Under the pieces are notes generated by a model that saw only the letters and a list, made by a program, of their open reading frames with translations, did not search any database and was not told where the DNA came from. A stretch of 43,991 nt of DNA from NCBI GenBank assembly GCA_011040095.1, contig DRDE01000314.1, forward strand, positions 1 to 43,991. The letters run 5' to 3'. Both the position numbers and the translations under genes were made by a program. The first letter of the stretch is position 1. Each line of letters begins with the position of its first letter. This DNA comes from Nitrospirota bacterium. GTDB taxonomy: Bacteria > Nitrospirota > Thermodesulfovibrionia > UBA6902. This document shows positions 24,763 to 33,955 of this stretch, piece after piece.

Positions 24763-26592
24763 ATGGATGATAGAAGACACTTTATAAGATACAGCTGCAG
24801 AGATGTCTGTGAGATCAGAATTAATAACGAAGTTTATAAAGGCGTTGTAGTGAATCGCTCAGATGGCCTGGGCGTCATCATTGGAAAAGCCCCTCTTTTT
24901 AAGAAAGGCTCATTAGCAGAAATCAGGCTTATCAACTTAAACACAGAAATGGAAGGGCAGGTAGCATGGGCAAAGGAAATCGGCGAAGACGTCAGGGTCG
25001 GCTTCAATAGAGTCGGCGGTCTGAAGGGAAACCTGAAAAATTTTAAACTTGCCGATCTGTTCATCGGGATACAAAGGGGAACCAAAACAGGTGTTCTTGA
25101 GATCGTGAACGGTTCAATTATTAAACAGGTCTACATAAGAAATGGTGATATAATATTTGCTGATTCAAGTTTTCAAGGCGACCGTTTCGGCGAAATGCTT
25201 GTGCGGGAAGGAAAGATCACGATCGAAGAGTTCAACCTGGCATCCGAGCGCCTGCTTGAGACCGGAGAGGAATTGGGGAAAATTCTCGTTGACATGTCCT
25301 GCATGACCCCGAGAGAGCTTTATCATGCAGTACAGCGCCAGGTTGAGGAGATTATTCTCGGTCTTTTCGCTATTACGGATGCTGAATTTGAATTCAAGGA
25401 GGGGCCTTTGCCTTCAAATGAACTCTCAACTTTCATAATCAACGCGGCAAACATTATATATCGTGGCATAAAGAGAATCCAAAGCTTAACTTTCGTAAAA
25501 GAGATGTCTCCTCCCCCTGAAGCTGTCCTGGACTTATCACGGGACCCTATGGATATTTTTCAATCCATCTCCCTTGACCCCGCTGATAAAGAGATTCTTT
25601 ACTTAATTGATGGAAGTTATATCTTAGAAGAAATATTGTCACTTTCTCCGTTAACTGATGTTGAAATCCTCAAAACCATTAGCGCTTTATTCAGAATCGG
25701 CATCATTACAATAAAGAAAGGGGACGAGGCATCTGAAATGATCTCAGCCCGTGATTTACTCGAAGGGCATGTTGATGAAAATGGAGATGAATTTTTAACA
25801 AAAGTGGAAGAATTGTATGCTCAATGTGAATCTGCTGATTATTATAATTTTTTCGGCATAGACAGTAAAGCAACAGGGGAAGAAATACAGAAGGCATATT
25901 ACAGGATTTCAAAGCAATTTCACCCTGATCAACATTTTATCTTTCCGAAACATGATGTCAAAGGCAAATTAATTAAGATATTCACATATGCAACAGAAGC
26001 GAATACCATACTTTCAGATCCTGAAAAAAGATATATATATGATGAAGCGCTCCTTCTGAAGGCTCAAAATATATCGAATGGAGAAGAAACCGGTCAGGCA
26101 TCACATGAAAACGCAGGCGCCACGAAGGAAGAGCCGTTACAGAAAGTCGATTCTAACAGCATGGATAGTGTTATAAGCGATTTCAAGGAAGGCAATGAGG
26201 AGCCGGAAAGTTTCGAAACCCACTATGAACTGGGCTTAGCTTACATTGAGATGGGGCTTGTGGAAGATGCCATAAAAGAGTTTCGGATCACATCAAATGA
26301 CCCTTTAAGAAAAATCAAGAGCTGCAAAGTGATTGCCGAATGTTATATGAATAAAGGAGATTATCAGAATGCGATAGAAGAGTTAAAGAAACTTATGTCA
26401 GAGTTGTCTGATGATCAAGAAGAATATCAGGACGTGAAATACACCCTGGCGGATGTTTATAAAAAGAACGGCGAATATGACAATGCCCTTAAATTGTACA
26501 ATGAAATTCAGTCACAGGATGCAGGATACAGGGATGTTGCCAAGCAGGTTGAGGCCCTGTCGGATATTCCTGAGACATCTTCATTCGACTAA
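24763..26592 (+). CDS. Multidomain PilZ-like / DUF4388 / DnaJ J-domain / TPR protein
   Basis: N-terminal RRHFIR...NRSDGLG (PilZ RxxxR and approximately (D/N)xSxxG). LADLFIGIQRGTKTGVLEIVNGSIIKQVYIRNGDIIFADS (DUF4388). DYYNFFGIDSKATGEEIQKAYYRISKQFHPDQ (J domain with HPD). C-terminal TPR-like helices. The track ORF starts at TTG 24757; ATG 24763 has an AGGA 7 nt upstream. Confidence 0.8.
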   Translation: MDDRRHFIRYSCRDVCEIRINNEVYKGVVVNRSDGLGVIIGKAPLFKKGSLAEIRLINLNTEMEGQVAWAKEIGEDVRVGFNRVGGLKGNLKNFKLADLFIGIQRGTKTGVLEIVNGSIIKQVYIRNGDIIFADSSFQGDRFGEMLVREGKITIEEFNLASERLLETGEELGKILVDMSCMTPRELYHAVQRQVEEIILGLFAITDAEFEFKEGPLPSNELSTFIINAANIIYRGIKRIQSLTFVKEMSPPPEAVLDLSRDPMDIFQSISLDPADKEILYLIDGSYILEEILSLSPLTDVEILKTISALFRIGIITIKKGDEASEMISARDLLEGHVDENGDEFLTKVEELYAQCESADYYNFFGIDSKATGEEIQKAYYRISKQFHPDQHFIFPKHDVKGKLIKIFTYATEANTILSDPEKRYIYDEALLLKAQNISNGEETGQASHENAGATKEEPLQKVDSNSMDSVISDFKEGNEEPESFETHYELGLAYIEMGLVEDAIKEFRITSNDPLRKIKSCKVIAECYMNKGDYQNAIEELKKLMSELSDDQEEYQDVKYTLADVYKKNGEYDNALKLYNEIQSQDAGYRDVAKQVEALSDIPETSSFD

Positions 26593-26845
26593 AGCTCTTT
26601 GATTTTTTTGATGATATCCGTTGTAGAAATCCCTTCAACAAAGAAAATCATTCGCCGGCAAGCTGTAGAGCTTTTTGTACCCGAATCTTTCCGCTACCCT
26701 TTCAATAGATTGCTTTTCAATGACAACTGCCCGGACTGCCTCATATTGCTTTTGTCCCTGTATAACAGGATGTTTGAAATACTCCTGCAAGTCAATGTTG
26801 TTATTTGTCCTGGTGTTATTATGACGATTTCACTTTGTGTGAAAA

Positions 26846-27763
26846 TCAGTGTTTAAAGTTCTTCCGTGCTCTTTTTATCAGTCCGTACAGATGTCCGGCT
26901 CCGGGATTAAGGCTCAGGGCCTCAAGCATAAGTTTTTCAAAACCTTCACAATCCGCTTTTGATTCATATATCCTGTAGAGGGCTGAATAAAGAAAGTGGT
27001 CCCCGGGGGATTCCATGAAAATATCTTTCAGGTAAACAACAGCTTTTTCATAATCCCCGTTTTTATAGTATGCGTATCCGAGCATCCTCCTGGCGAATTT
27101 ATTATCCCTCAGTTTAAGGAGATATTCATAAATTTCTATGGCCCTGTCGTATTTACCCGTTTTTTTATAAAGCTCCGCTAAATACAGGTGCAGCTCATAG
27201 TCGCTGCTGTATCCTGGGAGCCCCCTGATGCCCTCGATCTCGGCAATTGCCTCTGCAGTCTTTTTGCCTTTGAATTTTTCCTTGTAGTTTTTATACCGGG
27301 TAAAATTGTCTGTCTGCTTCTGTGCAGCAGCCTGTTTTAATTCACGGCTTTCAGGGAAAAGGGCCTCTGCCTTGCCGAGGATGTCCTGTGCCCTTTCATT
27401 TGAAAAAACCCTGCCCGCGAGTTTTGAAAGAAAGATATAAAACTTCTCATCACCGATCCTGAGTGGGAATATGAACCCCTCGATCATCCTTTCTATATCG
27501 CCTGCTGCCTTCTCCTTTTCAAGGATGGAAAGGTATGTCCTGAGAAAGAAAAGATCATTTTTCAGGACATCAAACCCCTCTTCAGCCTTATCCCTCGCCT
27601 CTTTTACCCTGTTTAACCTGAAGAGGATAAAGATTTCATTCGTCAGGAAAAAGGACGCGGAAGGATAAACAGTGAGCGCTTCACTGACCGTATTATATGC
27701 CGCCTGAAAATTTTTCTCTTTAATGAGAGCTATAATTCTTGACCTGTAATCAACCCGGTTCAC
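26846..27763 (-). CDS. TPR-repeat protein
   Basis: 305 aa with repeated ..A...Y...L...P.......LA..Y...G.Y..A......L-type helical hairpins, for example YLAELYKKTGKYDRAIEIYEYLLKL and GYAYYKNGDYEKAVVYLKDI. Confidence 0.75.
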   Translation of the reverse strand: MNRVDYRSRIIALIKEKNFQAAYNTVSEALTVYPSASFFLTNEIFILFRLNRVKEARDKAEEGFDVLKNDLFFLRTYLSILEKEKAAGDIERMIEGFIFPLRIGDEKFYIFLSKLAGRVFSNERAQDILGKAEALFPESRELKQAAAQKQTDNFTRYKNYKEKFKGKKTAEAIAEIEGIRGLPGYSSDYELHLYLAELYKKTGKYDRAIEIYEYLLKLRDNKFARRMLGYAYYKNGDYEKAVVYLKDIFMESPGDHFLYSALYRIYESKADCEGFEKLMLEALSLNPGAGHLYGLIKRARKNFKH

Positions 27764-28060
27764 TTTGCATATGCCTTTCAGTTGCGTTAAATTATCAATA
27801 GGCGGACAGAACCCGCCATGTTTATGCTTTGTCCGTCATTTTCCGACTCTGCCTTGAATGCTGAGATATTGTCAAGCATTTGTCTTAAATATCTCTCAAA
27901 TCCAGCAAGTTGATGGCCCTTGCAGGGAAAACCCCGGCCGTCAATTGTGGTAAGGCAGGCCGCGCATTGAGATTGCTCCGCTCGCAATGACATAGCGTAT
28001 GTGAAGAGGGAACTCACAAAGAAGCGCCAAACGCTCTCCTGTCAAAGCTATGATGAATTT

Positions 28061-28321
28061 TTAATCCCTCTTCTCTATCGATCCCCTTAATTTTTTATCC
28101 GCTTCAATAATTTTCTTTGCGTCATCACCACTCAGTTCCCACGAATAATTTCCTTTTGCATTTCGCTTTAATTTTATCTTCACGGGTCTTTGCGGCTTGA
28201 TCTCTGCAATCTCCGGCGCCCGTTTAAAAACGGTTTCTTCCTGATTGCCTTCTGAATTATTGCATGCATGGAGGAATAAAAGCAGCGCTGATAATGCAAC
28301 AAGAAATCTGATTTTGGCCAT
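28061..28321 (-). CDS. Small lipoprotein
   Basis: Internal ATG at 28319-28321 with a GAGGGGA SD. MAKIRFLVALSALLLFLHAC carries a lipobox (LHAC). The longer track ORF (to 28435) would read through a MITE. Confidence 0.6.
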   Translation of the reverse strand: MAKIRFLVALSALLLFLHACNNSEGNQEETVFKRAPEIAEIKPQRPVKIKLKRNAKGNYSWELSGDDAKKIIEADKKLRGSIEKRD

Positions 28322-28337
28322 GCTATCCCCTCTACTT

Positions 28338-28483
28338 AGTGTCTGTTTATAAATTGCCGTTTTTTTGTTTTTGTCATACCCGAAGTCTGTAATCGGGTAT
28401 CCAGAAGTCTTTAAAAACACTGGATTCCCGCCCAAAGGACCGCGGGAATGACAGCTTAATTATTGAGTTTATGGACAGACTCT
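28338..28483. mobile_element. MITE family B, copy 1
   Basis: Terminal inverted repeats agtgtctgtttataaa / tttatggacagact. Internal hairpins: cccgaagtctgtaatcggg and ggattcccgc...gcgggaatgaca. Related copy at 37974-38114. Confidence 0.65.
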
Positions 28484-28541
28484 ATTTAATATGTTACGAA
28501 TTATTATCTTAATTCCCTTTTCGCCAAACAGGAACGAATAA

Positions 28542-30272
28542 CTAATAACTCCTGTATTTGTTCGTTATCGGAAATCGCCTGTCTTTTCCGAATGCCCTCG
28601 GGGTTATCTTTATGCCCGGAGGGGCCTGGCGCCTTTTATACTCCGCATGATCTATCATTGTTATCACTCTTTGCGCGCACTCAATCTCACAACCCATTTT
28701 CATTATCTCATCAAAACCGCGATCCTCTTCTATATATGCCTTTAATATGGGATCAAGCAAAGGATAAGGTGGCAGGGAATCCGTATCTCTCTGGTCCGGC
28801 TTCAGCTCCGCAGTCGGCTCCTTCCATAAAATCCTTTCAGGGATCATATCTTTGCCGGCCTTTTCATTTCTCCATTCACAGAGCTTATACACAAGGGTCT
28901 TCGGCACATCCCTGATAACGGCAAAGCCTCCGGCCATATCACCGTATAATGTGGCATACCCGACACTCATTTCAGACTTGTTGCCGGTTGTAAGCACAAG
29001 CCAGCCGAATTTATTGGAGAAAGCCATTAATATATTGCCCCTTACCCTTGCCTGAAGATTTTCCTCTGTAATGTCCGGCTTCATGCCTTTAAAAGGCTTT
29101 GATAAAATTTCCATATATGATTTGAATATACTGTCAATTGGAATGGTCAAAATCTTTATTCCAAGATTCCCGCCGTGGCTGCAGGCATCCTCACGGCTCT
29201 CTTTTGATGTGTAAATGGAAGGCATAAACAGGCCGTGAACATTCTCTTTGCCAATGGCATCAACGGCAATTGTGGCGACCAATGCAGAATCCACACCCCC
29301 GCTCATTCCTATCACAACTCCTTTAAATCCGTTCTTATGCACATAATCCTTTGTTCCGAGTAAAAGCGCATTATAAACCTCTTCCTGTTCCGGGAGCTTT
29401 CTGAATTTCTTTTTTCTGTACGCGGGTTTCTGTCTTTGCGCCGGAGCGGAAGGAATTGTTATTTTCTCAATACGCTCATTTCTCTCTAAAAGCGTTTTTA
29501 ATTCTCTTTTATCTTTCCGGGTCAGCTCTTTCTCCGTTCCCCGGACTTCGAGGTCAACTGTAAGCAATTCCTCCCTGAACCGGCTCCCCTCCGCAACAAG
29601 ATTTCCCCTGCTGTCGATAACAATACTGCCCCCGTCAAACACAAGCTCGTCCTGCCCGCCGACCATATTCACGTAAACGATTATTGCGTCGCATTCCAGC
29701 GCCCGTGAAGTAATAAGATTCTCCCTGAACAATGCCTTTCCCATATGATACGGCGAGGCGTTGATATTAATGATGACTTCCGCCCCGGACAGCGCCTGAA
29801 TCTTTGCAGGACCTTTTTCTATCCATATGTCTTCACAAACATTAACCCCGATATTAATTCCCCTTAGCTTATATACAGGATATCTCCCACCGGATTTGAA
29901 ATAGCGGTATTCATCGAACACTCCATAATTAGGCAGGTGTTTTTTGTGATACACATCAATAAGCCGGTTGTTTGATATGACGGCTGCTGCATTGTATATT
30001 CCGTCATTCCCGTCAACAAAGCCTGCGATAACGGTAATGTCCTTTGAGGCCGCCTTTATTTTATGAAGGGCATCAATATTGTCCTGTATGAACTGTGGTT
30101 TCAGCAAAAGGTCTTCAGGGGGATAGCCGGTAACTGCAAGTTCGGGAAAAGCCACGATATCCGCCTTTAACTTCCTTGCCCTCTTAATGCAGGAGATTAT
30201 TTTTCTCATATTTCCCCGGAGGTCGCCTACCGTGGGATTTATCTGTGCAAGAACTGTCCTGATTTTCTTCAA
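28542..30272 (-). CDS. nadE: Glutamine-dependent NAD+ synthetase (CN-hydrolase plus NAD synthase domains)
   Basis: N-terminal nitrilase-like FPELAVTGYPPEDL...VCEDIW. C-terminal GMSGGVDSA P-loop and NKSEMSVGYATLYGDMAGGF. Start placed at TTG 30272 (AGGAG 7 nt upstream). The track ORF extends to ATG 30362. Confidence 0.9.
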   Translation of the reverse strand: MKKIRTVLAQINPTVGDLRGNMRKIISCIKRARKLKADIVAFPELAVTGYPPEDLLLKPQFIQDNIDALHKIKAASKDITVIAGFVDGNDGIYNAAAVISNNRLIDVYHKKHLPNYGVFDEYRYFKSGGRYPVYKLRGINIGVNVCEDIWIEKGPAKIQALSGAEVIININASPYHMGKALFRENLITSRALECDAIIVYVNMVGGQDELVFDGGSIVIDSRGNLVAEGSRFREELLTVDLEVRGTEKELTRKDKRELKTLLERNERIEKITIPSAPAQRQKPAYRKKKFRKLPEQEEVYNALLLGTKDYVHKNGFKGVVIGMSGGVDSALVATIAVDAIGKENVHGLFMPSIYTSKESREDACSHGGNLGIKILTIPIDSIFKSYMEILSKPFKGMKPDITEENLQARVRGNILMAFSNKFGWLVLTTGNKSEMSVGYATLYGDMAGGFAVIRDVPKTLVYKLCEWRNEKAGKDMIPERILWKEPTAELKPDQRDTDSLPPYPLLDPILKAYIEEDRGFDEIMKMGCEIECAQRVITMIDHAEYKRRQAPPGIKITPRAFGKDRRFPITNKYRSY

Positions 30273-30424
30273 TGGAGGTCTCCTGATGAAAGCTTCTTTG
30301 GCATGAATAATAATAATTGAAGAGTTGATGTTTGTAAACCCCGCTTTATTGACTACGCACATTTTTAAAAGATATAATCTTATCTGGCACTCTATAATAA
30401 ATCATCAAGGCATGAGGAGATAAA

Positions 30425-31909
30425 ATGTTATTCAATAAAGTTAAATATTGCCGCGCAATCTTCGTTTTTTCCATAGCGCTGTTATCAAGCGCTGCCGCAC
30501 CTGCTCTCGCCGGCTATCAGTCCGGTATGGATATATACAAAGAAAAACCGAAAGCATCCAGGGAAGCTGTTGATTTTCTCACTAAAACAGGACAGGCGAT
30601 GGCTGAAGTGGCTGAAGCCGCAAAGCCGGCAATAGTTAATATCTCAACTGTCAGAACAGAGAAAATCACGGGAAGTCCATTTTCTCCGTTTTATGACGAC
30701 CCCTTCTTCAGAAAATTTTTCGGAGATCAATTCAGACAGCAGGGAAAACCGAGAGAGCGCAAATCAGCGAGCCTCGGCTCAGGCGTAATTGTTTCCCCGG
30801 ACGGGTACATTCTGACAAGCAATCATGTCGTCAAAAATGCGGATAAAATAAAAGTCCTGCTCCCGGACAAAAGAGAATTTGTCGGCAGAATAATAGGCAG
30901 TGATCCCAAAACGGATTTGTCCGTCATCAAAATAGATGCCGACAATCTCTCTACACTGTCATTAGGAAATTCCGATGCCTTAAGAGTAGGAGAATTAGTG
31001 CTGGCAATCGGAAGCCCTTATGGGTTAAACCAGACTGTTACCATGGGCATTGTCAGTGCGGTAGGAAGGGCGAATGTCGGGATTGCCGAATATGAAGATT
31101 TTATTCAAACAGATGCCGCAATTAACCCCGGGAATTCCGGCGGCGCCCTGGTTAACGTAAAAGGAGAACTCGTGGGAATAAATACCGCTATATTCAGTAC
31201 TTCCGGAGGATATCAGGGAATCGGTTTTGCAATACCGAGCAATATGGCAAAGACTGTTATGGAGAGCCTTATTGAAAAAGGGAAAGTCATCAGGGGATGG
31301 CTCGGGGTCTCAATACAGGCAATCACCCCTGAGCTTGCCCGGCAGTTCCGGCTGGAAAAAGATTACGGGACACTTGTGGCTGATGTTGTTGAAGGCAGCC
31401 CTGCAGAAAAAGCAGGACTGATGCGCGGAGATGTAATAATTGAATTTAACGGCAAAAAAGTTGATGAACCGTATATCCTGAGAAACATTGTCGCAGACAC
31501 CCCGCCCGGAACCGAGGCGGAAATGAAGGTAATAAGAGACGGCAAGGTCGAATCACTTACAGTCACAATCACTGAAATCCCTGCCAAGGCGGAAAAGACC
31601 CCGACTGTTTTCCGGAATGCGCTTAAAGGAGTGAGCGTACAGGACTTAACTCCTGATATTTACAGGCAGTTAAATCTTCCCGAAAAAATAAGAGGTGTTG
31701 TAATCACGGATGTTGAAAGTGAAAGCCCTGCCGAGACAAGACTTATGCCTGGAGATGTCATCCTGGAAATTAACAGAAGGGCTATATCGAATATAGAAGA
31801 TTACGAGGCCATAGCATCAAAAATAAAGCCTGATGTGGAGGTGCTGCTGCTTGTCTTTCGACGGGGCTCAACTATTTTTGTGACAATCAGCGGGGAGCAG
31901 GAAGACTAA
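30425..31909 (+). CDS. htrA: HtrA/DegP/DegQ-family periplasmic serine protease with two PDZ domains
   Basis: Signal peptide; catalytic triad contexts TSNHVV, DLSVIKI, GNSGGALVN; two PDZ-like segments. Confidence 0.9.
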   Translation: MLFNKVKYCRAIFVFSIALLSSAAAPALAGYQSGMDIYKEKPKASREAVDFLTKTGQAMAEVAEAAKPAIVNISTVRTEKITGSPFSPFYDDPFFRKFFGDQFRQQGKPRERKSASLGSGVIVSPDGYILTSNHVVKNADKIKVLLPDKREFVGRIIGSDPKTDLSVIKIDADNLSTLSLGNSDALRVGELVLAIGSPYGLNQTVTMGIVSAVGRANVGIAEYEDFIQTDAAINPGNSGGALVNVKGELVGINTAIFSTSGGYQGIGFAIPSNMAKTVMESLIEKGKVIRGWLGVSIQAITPELARQFRLEKDYGTLVADVVEGSPAEKAGLMRGDVIIEFNGKKVDEPYILRNIVADTPPGTEAEMKVIRDGKVESLTVTITEIPAKAEKTPTVFRNALKGVSVQDLTPDIYRQLNLPEKIRGVVITDVESESPAETRLMPGDVILEINRRAISNIEDYEAIASKIKPDVEVLLLVFRRGSTIFVTISGEQED

Positions 31910-31935
31910 GCCGGAAGCCGGATTTACAAAAGCGA

Positions 31936-33105
31936 CTACAGGCCGCCGGCAACTGTCTTTATTACTTCTATCAAAGGGATATTAAATTTTTTTGCGATTT
32001 TTTTGCAATCCTCATATTCGGGAGATGCCTTTTGTATTTCCTTGCCGAGCCGTGATGTCTTGACCCGTACCCTGCCGTATTCGGTGTTTTTTGATTTGAT
32101 GCCGCGCTGAAGAATTTTCCTGTCCGCCCTGTAAAATCTGACCCCTATGCTTGTGGTTTCTTTCAGCACGATATTAACCAGGTTGTCTTTCTTGTCTTCG
32201 CTGCAGAGTATCGTAATTTTAATGCCCGGTCTTCCTTTCTTCATGATAATCTGTGTCAGAAAAACATCAAGGGCGCCTGCTTCAAACATCTTTTCCAGAA
32301 CATATTCATAAACCTGGGGATTCATGTCATCGATATTCGTTTCGATAATCGTAACACCATCCAATGTCCGTGTTCCGTGCATGTCACTGCCTGTCAATAA
32401 TCTCAGTATATTCGGCTGTTCCTTAAAATTTTTATTGCCCGCGCCGGTTCCTGTCGCTGAGATATTCATATGCGGCACGGAACCGAATCCGACAGCAAGA
32501 GAAGAAATCAGCGCTGCGCCGGTCGGAGTGGTAAGTTCAAACGGAACCCCCGACGAATAAACGGGAATCCCCTTCAACAATTCAACTGTAGCCGGCGCAG
32601 GCACAGGCAAGAGTCCATGCCCGGTCTTTACAGTCCCGCTCCCGAGGTTTAATGCAGATGAATACACAGAATCAATCCCGAGAATATCAAGACCGATCAG
32701 CGCCCCGAATATATCGACAATGCAATCAACGGCGCCAAGCTCATGCAAATGAATCCTGTCATGCCTTCCGCCGTGCACTTCAGCCTCGGCCTCAAAGAGT
32801 CTTTTGAAAATGGATAAACCTTTTTGCCTGACCGGTTCTGACAGCGAAGATATTTTGATTAACTTCTCAATATCTTTCCACTTTCTTAACTCCTGCCCCC
32901 TGCCCCCTGCCCCCTGTATTTCAACATCAACCTTTGTTGCACTAAACCCCGCTCTTTTTACTTTCCCGACATTAAGCTTATATCCTTTAACCGGTAAGCG
33001 TAACAATTCTTTTCCGAGCTTTTCAGGAGGCACACCTGCATCAACCAGCGCACCTAAGATCATATCACCGCTAATACCGGAAAAACAGTCAAAATATGCA
33101 ATCAT
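31936..33105 (-). CDS. larC: LarC-family nickel insertion protein (nickel-pincer cofactor biosynthesis)
   Basis: MIAYFDCFSGISGDMILGALVDAG N-terminus, characteristic of DUF111/LarC. Confidence 0.8.
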   Translation of the reverse strand: MIAYFDCFSGISGDMILGALVDAGVPPEKLGKELLRLPVKGYKLNVGKVKRAGFSATKVDVEIQGAGGRGQELRKWKDIEKLIKISSLSEPVRQKGLSIFKRLFEAEAEVHGGRHDRIHLHELGAVDCIVDIFGALIGLDILGIDSVYSSALNLGSGTVKTGHGLLPVPAPATVELLKGIPVYSSGVPFELTTPTGAALISSLAVGFGSVPHMNISATGTGAGNKNFKEQPNILRLLTGSDMHGTRTLDGVTIIETNIDDMNPQVYEYVLEKMFEAGALDVFLTQIIMKKGRPGIKITILCSEDKKDNLVNIVLKETTSIGVRFYRADRKILQRGIKSKNTEYGRVRVKTSRLGKEIQKASPEYEDCKKIAKKFNIPLIEVIKTVAGGL

Positions 33106-33171
33106 TTCTCAGCCCTATATATTTCCCCCCTTTAGCAAAGGGGGAGACCTTAAAAAAATATCGAATAACGG

Positions 33172-33936
33172 TCAACGGTCAACGGTTAACGAATTAATTT
33201 TATGCGCCAGAACCCCTGCGCCAAACCCATTGTCAATATTCATTACGGCAATACCGGGCACGCAGGAGTTTAGCATGGCAAAAAGGGCGGTAATCCCGCC
33301 GAGGCTTGTGCCGTAACCCACGGATGTCGGAACTGCAATAATCGGTTTATCCGTCATACCGCCGATCACCGAAGGAAGGGCGCCCTCCATGCCGGCCGCA
33401 ACAACCAGTACATTTGCGTCCGACAATAGTTTTTTGGCATCAGCGATCCTGTGCAGGCCGGCAACCCCGACATCATTTACGACCTCTACCTTACTGCCGA
33501 GGAAACCGGCTGTAGCCAGAGTTTCCTCTGCAACAGGCATATCCGAAGTGCCTGCACAGAGCACTGCCACCAGCCCTGTCTTTTTCCTGCTCTCCCCGGC
33601 CATAATTACGCCCGACCTGTCATAATATTTCGCTTTTCTGTTATATTGCCTGCAAAGGGCGCTGATGTCTTCGTATATCGGCTTCGTTGCCCTGGTAATC
33701 AAAAGCCTTCCGCTTTTCTTAAGCATTGAATCGGCGATTGCCTTAATATCCCTGCGCTCCTTGCCCCCGGCAAATATTACTTCAGGGATACCGTGCCTGA
33801 GTTCTCTATGGTGATCAACCCTTGCAACACCGATATCCTCATAGGGCAAATGCTTCAATTGACTGAAGGCGTCTTTTACGGATACCGCGCCTTCCTCAAC
33901 CGATTTCAGAATCTGTTTTATTTTTTTATTATCCAT
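33172..33936 (-). CDS. larB: LarB-family (AIR-carboxylase-like) nickel-pincer cofactor biosynthesis protein
   Basis: VDHHRELRHGIPEVIFAGGK..., GLVAVLCAGTSDMPVAEE..., VVAAGMEGALPSVIGG...PIIAVPTSVGYG. Confidence 0.8.
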   Translation of the reverse strand: MDNKKIKQILKSVEEGAVSVKDAFSQLKHLPYEDIGVARVDHHRELRHGIPEVIFAGGKERRDIKAIADSMLKKSGRLLITRATKPIYEDISALCRQYNRKAKYYDRSGVIMAGESRKKTGLVAVLCAGTSDMPVAEETLATAGFLGSKVEVVNDVGVAGLHRIADAKKLLSDANVLVVAAGMEGALPSVIGGMTDKPIIAVPTSVGYGTSLGGITALFAMLNSCVPGIAVMNIDNGFGAGVLAHKINSLTVDR

Positions 33937-33955
33937 AACATTTCCGGCCGGTCTC

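Noticed and set aside
26599-26856. 85-aa + strand ORF, and a roughly 51-codon minus-strand frame (LQEYFKHPVIQGQKQYEAVRAVVIEKQSIERVAERFGY...) in the J-domain/TPR convergent spacer
   Set aside because: The + ORF has no support. The minus frame vaguely resembles an HTH fragment of a transposase-associated protein, but it is short, has no clear start, and cannot be assigned without a search.
27787-28017. 76-aa minus-strand ORF, and an ACAGAACCCGCC string resembling a conserved RNase P RNA segment
   Set aside because: The ORF has no RBS or motifs, and part of it (MSLRAEQSQ...) looks like the translated-repeat type seen in spurious ORFs. The other RNase P conserved regions (for example GAGGAAAGTCC) are absent nearby. 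The string is just the loop of a small hairpin, ggcgg-acagaac-ccgcc.
28322-28435. N-terminal 38-residue extension of the lipoprotein ORF
   Set aside because: The extension is encoded by MITE family B. An internal ATG with a good SD yields a canonical lipoprotein signal peptide.
32804-33316. 170-aa + strand ORF spanning the larC/larB junction
   Set aside because: It is antisense to two well-supported genes and crosses their intergenic spacer.
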